From contig JAZQGP010000013.1 of NCBI GenBank assembly GCA_045540015.1, positions 128,251-192,250 of the forward strand: a DNA stretch of 64,000 nucleotides, read 5' to 3'. The position numbers and the translations under genes were made by a program. The stretch's first letter is position 1. Each line of letters opens with the position of its first letter. Positions 1-9,484 of this stretch are shown here, piece after piece. Source of the stretch: Eubacteriales bacterium (GTDB lineage: Bacteria > Bacillota > Clostridia > Oscillospirales > CAG-382). The notes under the pieces were generated by a model. The model saw nothing but the letters and a program-made list of their open reading frames with translations. It did not search any database and was not told where the DNA came from.

Positions 1-140
1 TTAACAGTAACGTCGTGAGAAACGGCGGTGATGCTCGAGCTTATGGTACTTTTGGAGGCATCCTTTTTTGCCGAACGGTATTTGGACTTTGTTTGCTGAA
101 TGTTCTGCATATTTTTAAGGTTTTTGGTTTCTGTCGGCAT
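1..140 (-). CDS. hypothetical protein, N-terminal part (gene runs off left edge)
   Basis: Minus-strand ATG (cat at 138-140) is preceded by AAGGAGG (149-155 on the plus strand). The frame stays open to the window edge (MPTETKNLKNMQNIQQTKSKYRS...). No recognisable family. Confidence 0.3.
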   Translation of the reverse strand, partial: MPTETKNLKNMQNIQQTKSKYRSAKKDASKSTISSSITAVSHDVTV

Positions 141-303
141 GAAATCCGCCTCCTTTCATAAATGATATAATATATATTATCATTATACAGTAAATAATTA
201 AAGTTGTAAATATGAATTTTACAAATTTATCTTGCATTTTACATTAATTAATGCTATAATCTGTATAAAATGTAATAATTTCACGGAAGAAGGAGTTTTT
301 TGG

Positions 304-1026
304 TTGAGCGAATATATAAACGAGAACGCTGACAGCTTCAACGAAGAACCGCCGAAAAAGGGGTTTACAATCGGAAAGCTTATCAAATGGGTGTTTTTGC
401 TGCTGATTATTACGGTGTATGTAATTCTTGCGGCAAGATGTGTTCAGACGAGTGACCATAAAATAGTTAAAGAGGTTCTTGTAAACGATAAATTCCTTGA
501 GGCTTATGAAAGTGCACCCGAAGAGTTCACCGTTGAAAAATACGGAATAGAAAAATCCTGGGCAGACATCAGAGAAGGAAGACTTCTGGAATTCAACAAC
601 TTATATTATGTGCCGATGGCATCCCAGATGCAGATTTCGGTGAAATTCAACATGGATCTTGCGCAGTGCGAATACGATGAGGAAATACCGTTCAGATTCC
701 GCCTGCGCGATGAGAACGGAACCGAGTATACTGACTATTGGTACAGGTTTGCGGAAAAAATGGGTTACGGGTATGTAAGAATTTGTTTTGAGGACATAAG
801 ACTCAAAAAGTCCGAAGCAGAAATCGCAGCCGAGGAAACAGGAGAGGAAGAAAATTCCGGCAGCAATATCGGTTTTTACGGAATTGACAAGAACAGAAAA
901 AAATACACGCTATGCGTTGATATGGTAAATGCTGACGGTTCTTACAGCGAGATTTGCTCTGTAAGAATATACGGCGGCTCTGCCGTATCAAAAGAAATTG
1001 GTTTTAAACCGGAAAAGACAAAATAA
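304..1026 (+). CDS. hypothetical membrane-anchored protein
   Basis: Track ORF 232-1026. TTG at 304 lies 7 nt after GAAGGAG, which is more plausible than the track start. One N-terminal TM helix (WVFLLLIITVYVILAA). No family recognised. Confidence 0.45.
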   Translation: MSEYINENADSFNEEPPKKGFTIGKLIKWVFLLLIITVYVILAARCVQTSDHKIVKEVLVNDKFLEAYESAPEEFTVEKYGIEKSWADIREGRLLEFNNLYYVPMASQMQISVKFNMDLAQCEYDEEIPFRFRLRDENGTEYTDYWYRFAEKMGYGYVRICFEDIRLKKSEAEIAAEETGEEENSGSNIGFYGIDKNRKKYTLCVDMVNADGSYSEICSVRIYGGSAVSKEIGFKPEKTK

Positions 1027-1047
1027 TTCTTCACGAGAGGGAAAACG

Positions 1048-2061
1048 ATGAAAAAAGTAACCATGGCGGATATAGCTAAGAAAACAGGCTATTCCATTAA
1101 TACAGTTTCACATGCACTCAAAGGCAAAACCGATATTTCAAAGCCAACACGCGAGCTTATAAAAAAGACCGCCGACGAGCTCGGATATATTGGAAATTCC
1201 TCTGCAAGCTATCTTCGAAGCGGAAAGAGCAAAAGTGTTGCTCTTATATTCGGAGATATTTCAAATCCGCATTTTTCGGTTATGGTTAAGGAAGCAGAGG
1301 GAAAACTCAGAGAATACGGCTATACCGCGTTTGTTCTCAACACGGATGAGGATGAGGGCAGAGAAAAGGAAGCAATCCTGCTTTCTTTAAGCAAAAATGT
1401 TGACGGTATCATTATTTGCCCCTGCCAGAAGTCGAGAGATAACATTGAATTTATGAAGAAAACCGAGGTTCCGTATGTTCTTGTCGGCAGACGCTTTGAC
1501 GGCGAAAACGACGACTATGTTGTATGTGATGACAGAAACGGTGGATTTCTTGCGGCACAGCAGCTTATTTCCGAAGGTCATGAAAAAATACTGTTTCTCA
1601 ACGGCGACGAATATATTTCCAGTGCGAAGGAAAGACTTGAGGGAGCCAAAGAGGCTGTTAAAAAGTCAGGCCTCAAGGCGGATTGCCTTTGCGTTGAAAG
1701 TGTGCCTGCGGTTACCTTCTCGGATACCAAGCATATGAAAGAGCTGCTTGTTAAAAATGCAGACTGTACAGGCATTATTGCATTCAGCGACCTTGTTGCA
1801 ATGCAGGTTTGCTATGCGGCAGGTCTTGCAGGAAAAAGCGTTCCCGAGGATCTGAGCATTATAGGCTTTGACAATATTGTGTCAAAGTTCTGCCTGCCCG
1901 TGCATCTTTCGTCCGTAACTTCATCAAAAACAAAAATGTCCCTTGAGGCAGTTGATATACTTATGGGAAAAATCGAGGATGAAACCGCATCAGGAAGACA
2001 GGTTGTGCTTCCGACACAAATCATTTTACGTGAAACCACAAAAACATCCGGCAAGCAATGA
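1048..2061 (+). CDS. LacI family transcriptional regulator
   Basis: N-terminal HTH (TMADIAKKTGYSINTVSHALKG) followed by a periplasmic-binding-fold sugar-sensor domain of typical LacI/PurR length (337 aa). Confidence 0.9.
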   Translation: MKKVTMADIAKKTGYSINTVSHALKGKTDISKPTRELIKKTADELGYIGNSSASYLRSGKSKSVALIFGDISNPHFSVMVKEAEGKLREYGYTAFVLNTDEDEGREKEAILLSLSKNVDGIIICPCQKSRDNIEFMKKTEVPYVLVGRRFDGENDDYVVCDDRNGGFLAAQQLISEGHEKILFLNGDEYISSAKERLEGAKEAVKKSGLKADCLCVESVPAVTFSDTKHMKELLVKNADCTGIIAFSDLVAMQVCYAAGLAGKSVPEDLSIIGFDNIVSKFCLPVHLSSVTSSKTKMSLEAVDILMGKIEDETASGRQVVLPTQIILRETTKTSGKQ

Positions 2062-2093
2062 TAAAAATACTTTAAAAAGTTACAAGGTGGGTC

Positions 2094-2122
2094 TTGACAA
2101 CCTGCCTTGTTTGTGATAAAAT
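2094..2122 (+). promoter_or_regulatory. sigma-70-type promoter of GRE operon 1
   Basis: TTGACA (2094-2099), 17-nt spacer, extended -10 TGATAAAAT (2114-2122). Confidence 0.55.
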
Positions 2123-2123
2123 G

Positions 2124-2139
2124 TCATTAACGATAATGA
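2124..2139. promoter_or_regulatory. candidate LacI-family operator (imperfect palindrome)
   Basis: TCATTAACGATAATGA pairs at 7 of 8 palindromic positions around a central CG. It lies immediately downstream of the -10 box and next to the LacI gene. Confidence 0.4.
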
Positions 2140-2161
2140 GCATTAACATGAGGTGATAGAT

Positions 2162-4132
2162 ATGTTTGAGAAGCTTTACGACTATGTATTAAACAAAGAA
2201 CATCATAAATTCCGCAAAAAAGCGGAAATCAAGTTTGATGAAAAGCTCTCCGATATTGAGCGTATGACATTGCGCTTTGAGGCACTTTGCAAGGCAGAAG
2301 AGCCTGTTATACTTGAGGGCGAGCAGATTTGCTTTATCAGAACAGTTGAAAACATTCCCGACATTTATACACAGGAGGAATGGGCAAAGATCAAAAGCGC
2401 GCATTTTATCCATGAGCTCGGCTATCTTTCCAACCTTTCTCCTGACTATGAAAATGTTATAAGCACGGGTCTTCTTGCTCTCAGAGAAACTGCCGATAAA
2501 TACGGCAAACGTGCAATTGATGCAATAATAGACCTTTCCGACAGATATAAGTCAAAAGCAGAAGAAATTGGAAGAAACGATATTGTAAAGGTGCTCGAAA
2601 GGGTTCCGAGATACGGAGCTCAGTCTTTCAGAGAGGCATTGCAGTTCTTTCGCATTGTTCACTATTCTCTTTGGCTTGAGGGTAACTACCACAACACGGT
2701 AGGAAGATTTGACAAATATATGTACCCATATCTCAAGGCTGATATGGAAAAGGGACTTTATACGAGAGAAAGCGCATACGAGCTTCTTTGCGACTTTTTC
2801 CTTTCCTTCAACAAAGACAGCGATTTGTATGTCGGCGTTCAGCAGGGTGATAACGGTCAGAGTATGGTGCTTGGCGGTATTGACGAAAACGGAAACGAGG
2901 TTTTCAATCTTCTTTCCGAGCTTTGTCTTGAGGCAAGCGGAAGACTTCTGATGATTGACCCGAAAATAAACCTCAGAGTAGGCAAGAATACGCCCATTGA
3001 GGTTTATAATAAGGCAAGCGAGCTTACAAAGGCAGGGCTTGGCTTCCCGCAGTATTCAAATGATGATGTTGTAATAGACGCGCTTGTGAAAATGGGCTAT
3101 GACAGAAAGGACGCGAGCGACTATGTTGTTGCTGCATGCTGGGAGTTTATAATCCCAAAAGTCGGTGCGGATATTGCAAACATCGGAGCGCTTTCTTTCC
3201 CGAAGGTTGTTGATGTGTGCCTGCACCGTGACCTTGAAAGCTGCAGTACATACGAGGAATTTTTCACTTGCATAAAAAATGAGATAAAAGCTCAGTGCGA
3301 TGCAATATGCAAGGGTATAAACAACCTTTATTTTGTTCCGTCTCCCTTTATGAATATCTGCATGAAGAGCGGCATTTATAGCGGCGGAAAATACAACAAT
3401 TTCGGTATTCATGGTACCGGTGTTGCAACGGCAACAGACTCGCTGTTTGCTATCAAGGAGCATGTTTTCGGTAGTGGAAAGGTTACAAAGAAACAGATTA
3501 TTGATGCTGTTGACAGCGACTTTGCAAATGATGCCGACCTTCTTGCGCTTTTAAGAAATGAAACAGGCAAGATGGGCTGCGACATAGACGAGGTTGACGA
3601 GATAAGCGTTATGCTTCTTGATATGTTTAGTGAGGCTCTTCGCGGAAAGACTAACTGCAGAGGCGGAATTTACAGAGCAGGTACGGGCAGTGCGATGTTC
3701 TACCTTTGGCACGCTGATGAGCTTGGTGCTTCTCCCGACGGCAGAAGAAAAGGAGAACCCTTTGGCACAAACTTCTCTCCCAGTCTTTTTGCAGATATTA
3801 AAGGACCTTTCTCTGTTATAAAGTCCTTTACCAAACAGCATTTTGTAAACTGCATGAACGGCGGTCCGTTGACGCTTGAATTTCACGGTGCTATGTTCTC
3901 TGATCCTGAGAGTGTCGGAAAGGTTGCAATGCTTGTCAAGAGCTTTATTGACATGGGCGGTCATCAGATGCAGCTCAATGCCGTAAATCTCGAAAAAATG
4001 AAGGACGCAAAGGCTCATCCCGAAAAGCACAGACAGCTTGTTGTTCGTATATGGGGCTGGAGCGCATACTTTGTTGAGCTTGATGAGCGTTATCAGAACC
4101 ATGTAATGCGCCGTCAGGAATACAGCATATGA
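2162..4132 (+). CDS. glycyl radical enzyme, short PFL2/dehydratase-like family (~656 aa)
   Basis: C-terminal glycyl-radical motif variant VVRIWGWSAYFVEL. Cys loop VVAACWEF, with Glu two residues after the Cys. The next gene is a GRE activase whose start overlaps this stop. ATG at 2162 follows GAGGTG; the track start 2153 is GTG. Confidence 0.8.
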   Translation: MFEKLYDYVLNKEHHKFRKKAEIKFDEKLSDIERMTLRFEALCKAEEPVILEGEQICFIRTVENIPDIYTQEEWAKIKSAHFIHELGYLSNLSPDYENVISTGLLALRETADKYGKRAIDAIIDLSDRYKSKAEEIGRNDIVKVLERVPRYGAQSFREALQFFRIVHYSLWLEGNYHNTVGRFDKYMYPYLKADMEKGLYTRESAYELLCDFFLSFNKDSDLYVGVQQGDNGQSMVLGGIDENGNEVFNLLSELCLEASGRLLMIDPKINLRVGKNTPIEVYNKASELTKAGLGFPQYSNDDVVIDALVKMGYDRKDASDYVVAACWEFIIPKVGADIANIGALSFPKVVDVCLHRDLESCSTYEEFFTCIKNEIKAQCDAICKGINNLYFVPSPFMNICMKSGIYSGGKYNNFGIHGTGVATATDSLFAIKEHVFGSGKVTKKQIIDAVDSDFANDADLLALLRNETGKMGCDIDEVDEISVMLLDMFSEALRGKTNCRGGIYRAGTGSAMFYLWHADELGASPDGRRKGEPFGTNFSPSLFADIKGPFSVIKSFTKQHFVNCMNGGPLTLEFHGAMFSDPESVGKVAMLVKSFIDMGGHQMQLNAVNLEKMKDAKAHPEKHRQLVVRIWGWSAYFVELDERYQNHVMRRQEYSI

Positions 4133-4899
4133 CAAAGGGTGTTGTTTTTGATATAAAAGAGTGCTCGGTTCATGACGGACCGGGTGTGAGAACAACGGTG
4201 TTTCTTAAAGGGTGTCCTTTAAGATGCGTGTGGTGTCACAATCCCGAAGGGTTAAGCACGAAAAAACAGCTCATGTACAAGGAAAACAAGTGCGTTCACT
4301 GTAATAACTGTAAAAAGGCGTGTGACCACGAGGAATGTAAAGCTTTCGGCAGATGCATACACGCGTGTCCCTGCGGATGTCTTTCGGTAAGCGGAAGAGA
4401 GTATACGGCTGAGGAACTGTGTGCCGAGGTGCTTCGCAATAAGAGCTTTTTCGATTCGACCGGCGGCGGTGTTACCTTTTCAGGCGGCGAGCCGCTTATG
4501 CAAAGTGAATTTTTACTTGAGTGTCTTGATGGGCTTTCGTGCACCGGAAGAGCTGTTGAAACGTGCGGGTATGCTGAAAGTGCCGTGTTTAAAAGCGTTA
4601 TTGAAAAGTGTGATTATGTTATCATGGATATAAAGCTTGCAGACGGTGATTTGCATAAAAAGTATACAGGAGTTCCGAACGGGCAGATACTTGAAAACGC
4701 AAGGCTTCTCCAAAGCAGCGGTAAAGCGCATCTGTTCAGAACACCGCTTATTCCGGGAATTACCGATACAGATGAAAATCTTTCGGCAATAGAAAGAATA
4801 ATCGGCACATCACCTTGGGAAAAACTTAAATACAATGCTCTCGCAGGAGCAAAATATGAAATGCTCGGCATGGAGTATCCGTTTGAAAAGTTGAAATAA
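4129..4899 (+). CDS. glycyl-radical enzyme activating protein (radical SAM)
   Basis: CPLRCVWCHNPE radical-SAM cluster motif. An additional ferredoxin-like Cys-rich insert (CVHCNNCKKAC...CIHACPCGC). ATGA overlap with the GRE gene. Confidence 0.9.
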   Translation: MTKGVVFDIKECSVHDGPGVRTTVFLKGCPLRCVWCHNPEGLSTKKQLMYKENKCVHCNNCKKACDHEECKAFGRCIHACPCGCLSVSGREYTAEELCAEVLRNKSFFDSTGGGVTFSGGEPLMQSEFLLECLDGLSCTGRAVETCGYAESAVFKSVIEKCDYVIMDIKLADGDLHKKYTGVPNGQILENARLLQSSGKAHLFRTPLIPGITDTDENLSAIERIIGTSPWEKLKYNALAGAKYEMLGMEYPFEKLK

Positions 4900-4943
4900 T
4901 AATGGTTTGAAAACAAATTAATGTCTTGAAAGGAAGAAGAATC

Positions 4944-6854
4944 ATGAATTTCAGTGCTGTACTTAAAACTGCGTCGGGCAAAGAACCGAAGGCGCAGGTT
5001 ACCGAGAAAAAGCTTGGCAATGGCGTAGCTGCCGTATATGTAAAGGGCAAAGCAGAAGAAAACCTTGACATGGAATTCGGTGCACGCTGTAAGATTGAGT
5101 TTGACAAGGAAGTTGAAAAATGCGTTTGTGTACACAGACACAGCGAATACTGGTGTATGCCCATTTTCAAGGATAACCCCTGCGAGATTCCGGACGAAAC
5201 CCAGGGCTTTGTTGCAAGACACACAGACGGAAGATACACGGTTATTCTTCCTGTTGTTTCTGCAATCTATAAGTGTGTACTCACTTCGATTCCCGATGCA
5301 AATGAATTTTGTGCAAGACTTTTCTCGTATGTTGAAACACTCAACGAGTGCGACGCACTTGCGTTTGTATACGGCGAGACGGATAACCCCTACAAGATGA
5401 TGAATGACTGCTTCAGAGAGGCAATCAAGGAGCTTGGTATTCCTACTAAGATGCTTGAGGAAAGAGAATATCCCGAAATGTTCGAATATCTTGGCTGGTG
5501 CAGCTGGGATGCTCTTCAGATAAGAGTAAGCGAAGAAGGACTTTTAGAAAAGTGCCGCGAATTCAAGGAAAAGAACATTCCCGTTCGCTGGGCGATTGTT
5601 GACGACATGTGGGCGGATATTCCAAAGTTCAGAAAAGAAACCTATTCAAGCAGACAGGAAATGTTCCAGCTTATGCATTCAAGTCCCATTGCGTCCTTTG
5701 AAGCGGATCCCGTGCGTTTTCCTGACGGCTTAAAGCATGCCATTACCGAAATGAAAAAGTATATGACGTGGGTTGGCATGTGGCATCCGACAACGGGATA
5801 TTGGTACGGTGTTGATCCCGAAAGCAAGCTTTACGAAACTTTAAAAGCAGATCTTTTCAAAACCGAAAACGGCAGATATATTCCCCGTCCCGATTATGAC
5901 GGCTTCTATAAATTCTTTGATTCCTTCCATACCTTCCTTGAGGACTGCGGTGCTGACTTTGTGAAGGTTGACAACCAGAGCATGACAAAGCGTTTTTATA
6001 AAAAGACGCATCCCGTAGGTCAGGTTGCACGTTTCCAGCACAAAGCACTTGAAGACAGCACCACAAAGCATTTCGGAAACCGCCTTATTAACTGCATGGG
6101 CTGTGCAAGCGATAACGTTTGGAATCGTCCTTCAAGTCCTGTATCACGTTGCTCCGATGACTTCCAGCCCGAAAACAGAGACTGGTTCACAAAGCACATC
6201 TTGCAGTGCTCATACATGAGCTATCTCCAGGGGCAGATTATTTCCTGCGACTGGGATATGTGGTGGACAGATGATGCACAGGGAAGCAAGAACAGTCTTC
6301 TTCGTGCAATAAGCGGCGGTCCTATCTATGTAAGTGATGAAATCGGCAGAAGCCGCAGAGAGCTTCTCATGCCTCTTTGCCTTGACGACGGTAGAATTTT
6401 AAGATGTGATAAGCCTGCAATGCCTGCTCTTGACTGCATGTTTGATGCTCCCGAGCACAGCGGACGTATATTCAAGGTTCAGAATACACTTAAAGGAAAC
6501 GGCGCGATTGCAGCCTTCAATCTCAATTCTGATAACAGTAAAGCTGTCGGTACAATAAGTCCCGATGATGTTGAGGGACTTTGCGGCGAAGAATTTGCGG
6601 TATACGAGCACTTTGCACATAAGTTCTACACGATGAAGCGTGGCGAAAAGCTTGAAGTTGAGTTTACAGACCGCGACGATTTCAGACTTTATACCTTTAC
6701 TCCCATTGTAAACGGCTTTGCGGCAATCGGAAGAACTGATAAGTTTATGTCGCCTCTTACAATAAAGAAGGTTGACGGCAAGAAGATTGAGCTTTATGAG
6801 AGCGGAATGTGCGCTTACTATGACAACGGAAAGTTTGTTGAAGAAGAAATTTGA
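4944..6854 (+). CDS. GH36-clan raffinose synthase/Sip1-like glycoside hydrolase
   Basis: Motifs YLGWCSWDAL, WAIVDDMWAD and FVKVDNQS are typical of the raffinose-synthase/seed-imbibition (alpha-galactosidase-related) family. ATG at 4944 follows GAAAGGAAG. Confidence 0.75.
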   Translation: MNFSAVLKTASGKEPKAQVTEKKLGNGVAAVYVKGKAEENLDMEFGARCKIEFDKEVEKCVCVHRHSEYWCMPIFKDNPCEIPDETQGFVARHTDGRYTVILPVVSAIYKCVLTSIPDANEFCARLFSYVETLNECDALAFVYGETDNPYKMMNDCFREAIKELGIPTKMLEEREYPEMFEYLGWCSWDALQIRVSEEGLLEKCREFKEKNIPVRWAIVDDMWADIPKFRKETYSSRQEMFQLMHSSPIASFEADPVRFPDGLKHAITEMKKYMTWVGMWHPTTGYWYGVDPESKLYETLKADLFKTENGRYIPRPDYDGFYKFFDSFHTFLEDCGADFVKVDNQSMTKRFYKKTHPVGQVARFQHKALEDSTTKHFGNRLINCMGCASDNVWNRPSSPVSRCSDDFQPENRDWFTKHILQCSYMSYLQGQIISCDWDMWWTDDAQGSKNSLLRAISGGPIYVSDEIGRSRRELLMPLCLDDGRILRCDKPAMPALDCMFDAPEHSGRIFKVQNTLKGNGAIAAFNLNSDNSKAVGTISPDDVEGLCGEEFAVYEHFAHKFYTMKRGEKLEVEFTDRDDFRLYTFTPIVNGFAAIGRTDKFMSPLTIKKVDGKKIELYESGMCAYYDNGKFVEEEI

Positions 6855-6882
6855 ATAAAAAATTCCCATTGTTAAAAATGAG

Positions 6883-6916
6883 CCTCCCTGAATAAACTAT
6901 ATCAGGGAGGTTTTAT
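6883..6916 (+). terminator. intrinsic terminator after GH36 gene
   Basis: 9-bp stem CCTCCCTGA / TCAGGGAGG followed by TTTT. Confidence 0.55.
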
Positions 6917-6917
6917 T

Positions 6918-7118
6918 ATGGATATCAATGAAAGAAAAACGGCATCACCAAAGACGGACGACGAATACGAGGAACTTATAAACAGACTTGACAAAGTGGC
7001 GTCCATGAACGAGTATACAGGCTCAAGAGTAACACCCGAGCCGGAATATGACAGTACAGAGCATTTTTTTAACAAAGAAAAGGCGAGAAGCGAAAGCAGA
7101 AAACGTCAGAATAAATGA
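6918..7118 (+). CDS. small hypothetical acidic/basic protein (66 aa)
   Basis: ORF with GGGAGG 8 nt upstream. No family recognised. Confidence 0.4.
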   Translation: MDINERKTASPKTDDEYEELINRLDKVASMNEYTGSRVTPEPEYDSTEHFFNKEKARSESRKRQNK

Positions 7119-7239
7119 AATAATAACACGGCGGGACATGCAAAAATCCAAAAAAGGGAATTGTTTAAAAGAAGCGTGTAACAAACCGATTTGCAGGTGC
7201 ATATACTGACATTGAAAAGTAAAATGCGGAGGTGTCGTG

Positions 7240-7386
7240 ATGAGAAGAAGCTGTGCTGTTATAGGAATGTGCCTGCTTTCGGCGGGAGTGGGAATACTTA
7301 TATCTGTTTTTCTTCCTCCTGTGATACTGGTGTGCATTGAAGCACTGCTTCTTATTCTTGCGGGGCTCCTTTGCTTTAAGTGCTGA
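7240..7386 (+). CDS. small hydrophobic protein (48 aa), below ORF-track cutoff
   Basis: ATG at 7240 lies 6 nt after GGAGGTG. Product MRRSCAVIGMCLLSAGVGILISVFLPPVILVCIEALLLILAGLLCFKC has two predicted TM segments. Confidence 0.35.
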   Translation: MRRSCAVIGMCLLSAGVGILISVFLPPVILVCIEALLLILAGLLCFKC

Positions 7387-7565
7387 AAACAAAAGGTGAA
7401 CTTGGAGGTAATGCCATGAAAATTGTACTTATTAAGCCGCCGAAGGTGCTCGTTCCCATTCTCAAGCTGTTTTTAAAGTAAAAAACAATTGAATAAAAAG
7501 CATAAACTCCTTTTCACGCTCATACATATTGAGTAAATGAGTAAAAGTGCAAAGGAGTTGTTTTT

Positions 7566-9116
7566 ATGGAAAAATACAGGCTTCCCGAAAGGAATATTAT
7601 GTTTTCGGACAGAAACGAGTTTGATACTGTGGTTGCGGTGACGCTTGATGAATACTGCCCGAATGCAGTGAAAATTGTCAGGTGCGATATGTATCCGGTT
7701 CTTTCGGAATGGCGTCTTACGGAAAACGGCATAGAATACTCGGGAAAAAACATTTTTCGTGTTGTGTATGTTTCAGACTACAACGATAGTCTCAGAAGCG
7801 TGAATTTTGAGCAGGATTTTGGCGGAGTAATGAAAGTGAATGCGACCTTGCCGGAGGATGATCTCAAAGTTTGTATGTCTGCCGGAAGCGTTCAGTCCTC
7901 GGCAAAAATAATGTCGGCAAGACAGCTCGAGCTTAAAGGCAGAGTGATGCTTTCCGGAACAGTTACGAGCAGTGGCGAATTGCAGCTGTACGGCAATGAG
8001 GCACAGAACAACGAAAACATATGTATGCTTGAAGAGACACTTGAAATGTGCGAAAGAATAAGGATAGACTGCGAAAAAGCGCAGGTTGAGAGCGATATTT
8101 CTTTGTCCCAGGGAGAAATGAGTGTAGGTGAAATGCTGTATACCGAAATAAATCCTTTTGTTACGCAAAGCGAATGCTTCGACGGAAGAATGTCGGTTTC
8201 GGGAAATGTTTATGCAAGATTTGTGTATGTTCCCGAAAGACAGTCTGATTCACCCGACACACAGGAAAGTGAGCCTGTATGCGTAACGAGAACCATTCCG
8301 TTTGAAACTCAGATATATAACGACGGCATAAATGAAAACGGATATGCTTTTGTTAAAGCCGTGCCGATATATGCAAAAACAGGGGTTTCCTATGATCCGT
8401 ACGGTGAAAACAGGGTACTGTCGCTTTCGGCGGATATGGAAATTTCGGGGTTCGTCTATGAATGCGAAAAGGCGTGTGTATGTACAGATGTTTTCGGAGT
8501 AGGAAAAAAGGTAAATGCCGAGATTGTTCCCGTGACATTTGAAAGAATATCCGACACCGTTAAGGAGAACATATATATTTCCGAAAAGCTTCATGCGGAC
8601 CCGAGGAGCTTTTCAAGCATTACCGACTGCGGAATGAATGTGAGAGTTACGGGCACAGAGGTTTCTGAGGGTAAAATGTACGCAGCTTTGCGTGCGGACG
8701 TTAATCTTTTCGGTGTAGGAGAAAACGGCGGTGCAAGCTTTGTACAGAGTGGATTTAACATGAAGACCCCTGTCGACACCTCGGTAAATCCAAGTGAGAT
8801 TAAGGCAGATATGCTGGTGCAGGTAAAGGATGTGCAGTGCGAAATAAAGAGCGGAGAGCTGATCGTGCAGGCAAACGCAGAGCTTTGCGGTGTACTGACA
8901 GAAAAAACAACGGCAAATGCCGTTGGTGCTGTAAGCATATCGGAGGATGAAAACGACTGTGAAAAGGGGCAGATAATTGTGTATTATCCCGAAGACTCGG
9001 ACACTGTCTGGAGCATTGCAAAGAGTTATTCTGTTAATCCCGAGATGCTGAAAATGGCAAATGGAATTGATGGTGACAGCCTTTTGGGAGTAAAGACAGT
9101 GCTTATAACAAAGTAA
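7566..9116 (+). CDS. DUF3794-like repeat protein with C-terminal LysM domain (SafA-like, spore/cell-wall associated)
   Basis: C-terminal LysM (IIVYYPEDSDTVWSIAKSYSVNPEMLKMANGI...). The N-terminal region has the architecture seen in clostridial DUF3794/LysM proteins. Confidence 0.7.
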   Translation: MEKYRLPERNIMFSDRNEFDTVVAVTLDEYCPNAVKIVRCDMYPVLSEWRLTENGIEYSGKNIFRVVYVSDYNDSLRSVNFEQDFGGVMKVNATLPEDDLKVCMSAGSVQSSAKIMSARQLELKGRVMLSGTVTSSGELQLYGNEAQNNENICMLEETLEMCERIRIDCEKAQVESDISLSQGEMSVGEMLYTEINPFVTQSECFDGRMSVSGNVYARFVYVPERQSDSPDTQESEPVCVTRTIPFETQIYNDGINENGYAFVKAVPIYAKTGVSYDPYGENRVLSLSADMEISGFVYECEKACVCTDVFGVGKKVNAEIVPVTFERISDTVKENIYISEKLHADPRSFSSITDCGMNVRVTGTEVSEGKMYAALRADVNLFGVGENGGASFVQSGFNMKTPVDTSVNPSEIKADMLVQVKDVQCEIKSGELIVQANAELCGVLTEKTTANAVGAVSISEDENDCEKGQIIVYYPEDSDTVWSIAKSYSVNPEMLKMANGIDGDSLLGVKTVLITK

Positions 9117-9121
9117 AAAAC

Positions 9122-9146
9122 AAAGGGGCGACATGCCCCTTTTTCT
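9122..9146. terminator. bidirectional intrinsic terminator
   Basis: AAGGGGC-gacat-GCCCCTT hairpin flanked by A-run and T-run, between convergent genes. Confidence 0.6.
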
Positions 9147-9484
9147 TATAAAAATATTGATATCCTTATAAGTACCATGTAAAGCACTGTTGAAAGCCCT
9201 ATGCTTAAAAGCGTGTTGCCCTTTATGTAGTGAAGCACCGCTGCAAAGGCAACTGCAATAAGCTCGGGAATTCCGTGTGAACCTGATAGAAAATGCACGT
9301 TTCTCAGACAGAATATCACAAGTGTTGCAATAACTGTCGGCGGAAGAACTTTTCCGAGATAATCGACTATTGCAGGAACCTTTCTCTTTCCTCCAAACAG
9401 CAGGAACGGTATAAACCTCGTAAGAGCCGTGGACAAAGCACAAACCGCGATTATGGCAACGGCGTAGATTGTTTTGTCATTCAT
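9146..9484 (-). CDS. azlD: branched-chain amino acid transporter AzlD-like
   Basis: 112-aa polytopic membrane protein that overlaps the stop of the AzlC-like gene, the typical azlCD pair. Confidence 0.75.
   Translation of the reverse strand: MNDKTIYAVAIIAVCALSTALTRFIPFLLFGGKRKVPAIVDYLGKVLPPTVIATLVIFCLRNVHFLSGSHGIPELIAVAFAAVLHYIKGNTLLSIGLSTVLYMVLIRISIFL

Noticed and set aside
3551-4195. Long antisense ORFs inside well-supported genes (also 8613-9443, 9782-10495, 18445-19077, 41448-41990, 63114-63977 and many shorter ones)
   Set aside because: Each is fully overlapped by a gene on the opposite strand with clear family motifs. Each lacks an RBS and has odd composition (Cys/Phe/Ser-rich). They are typical shadow ORFs.
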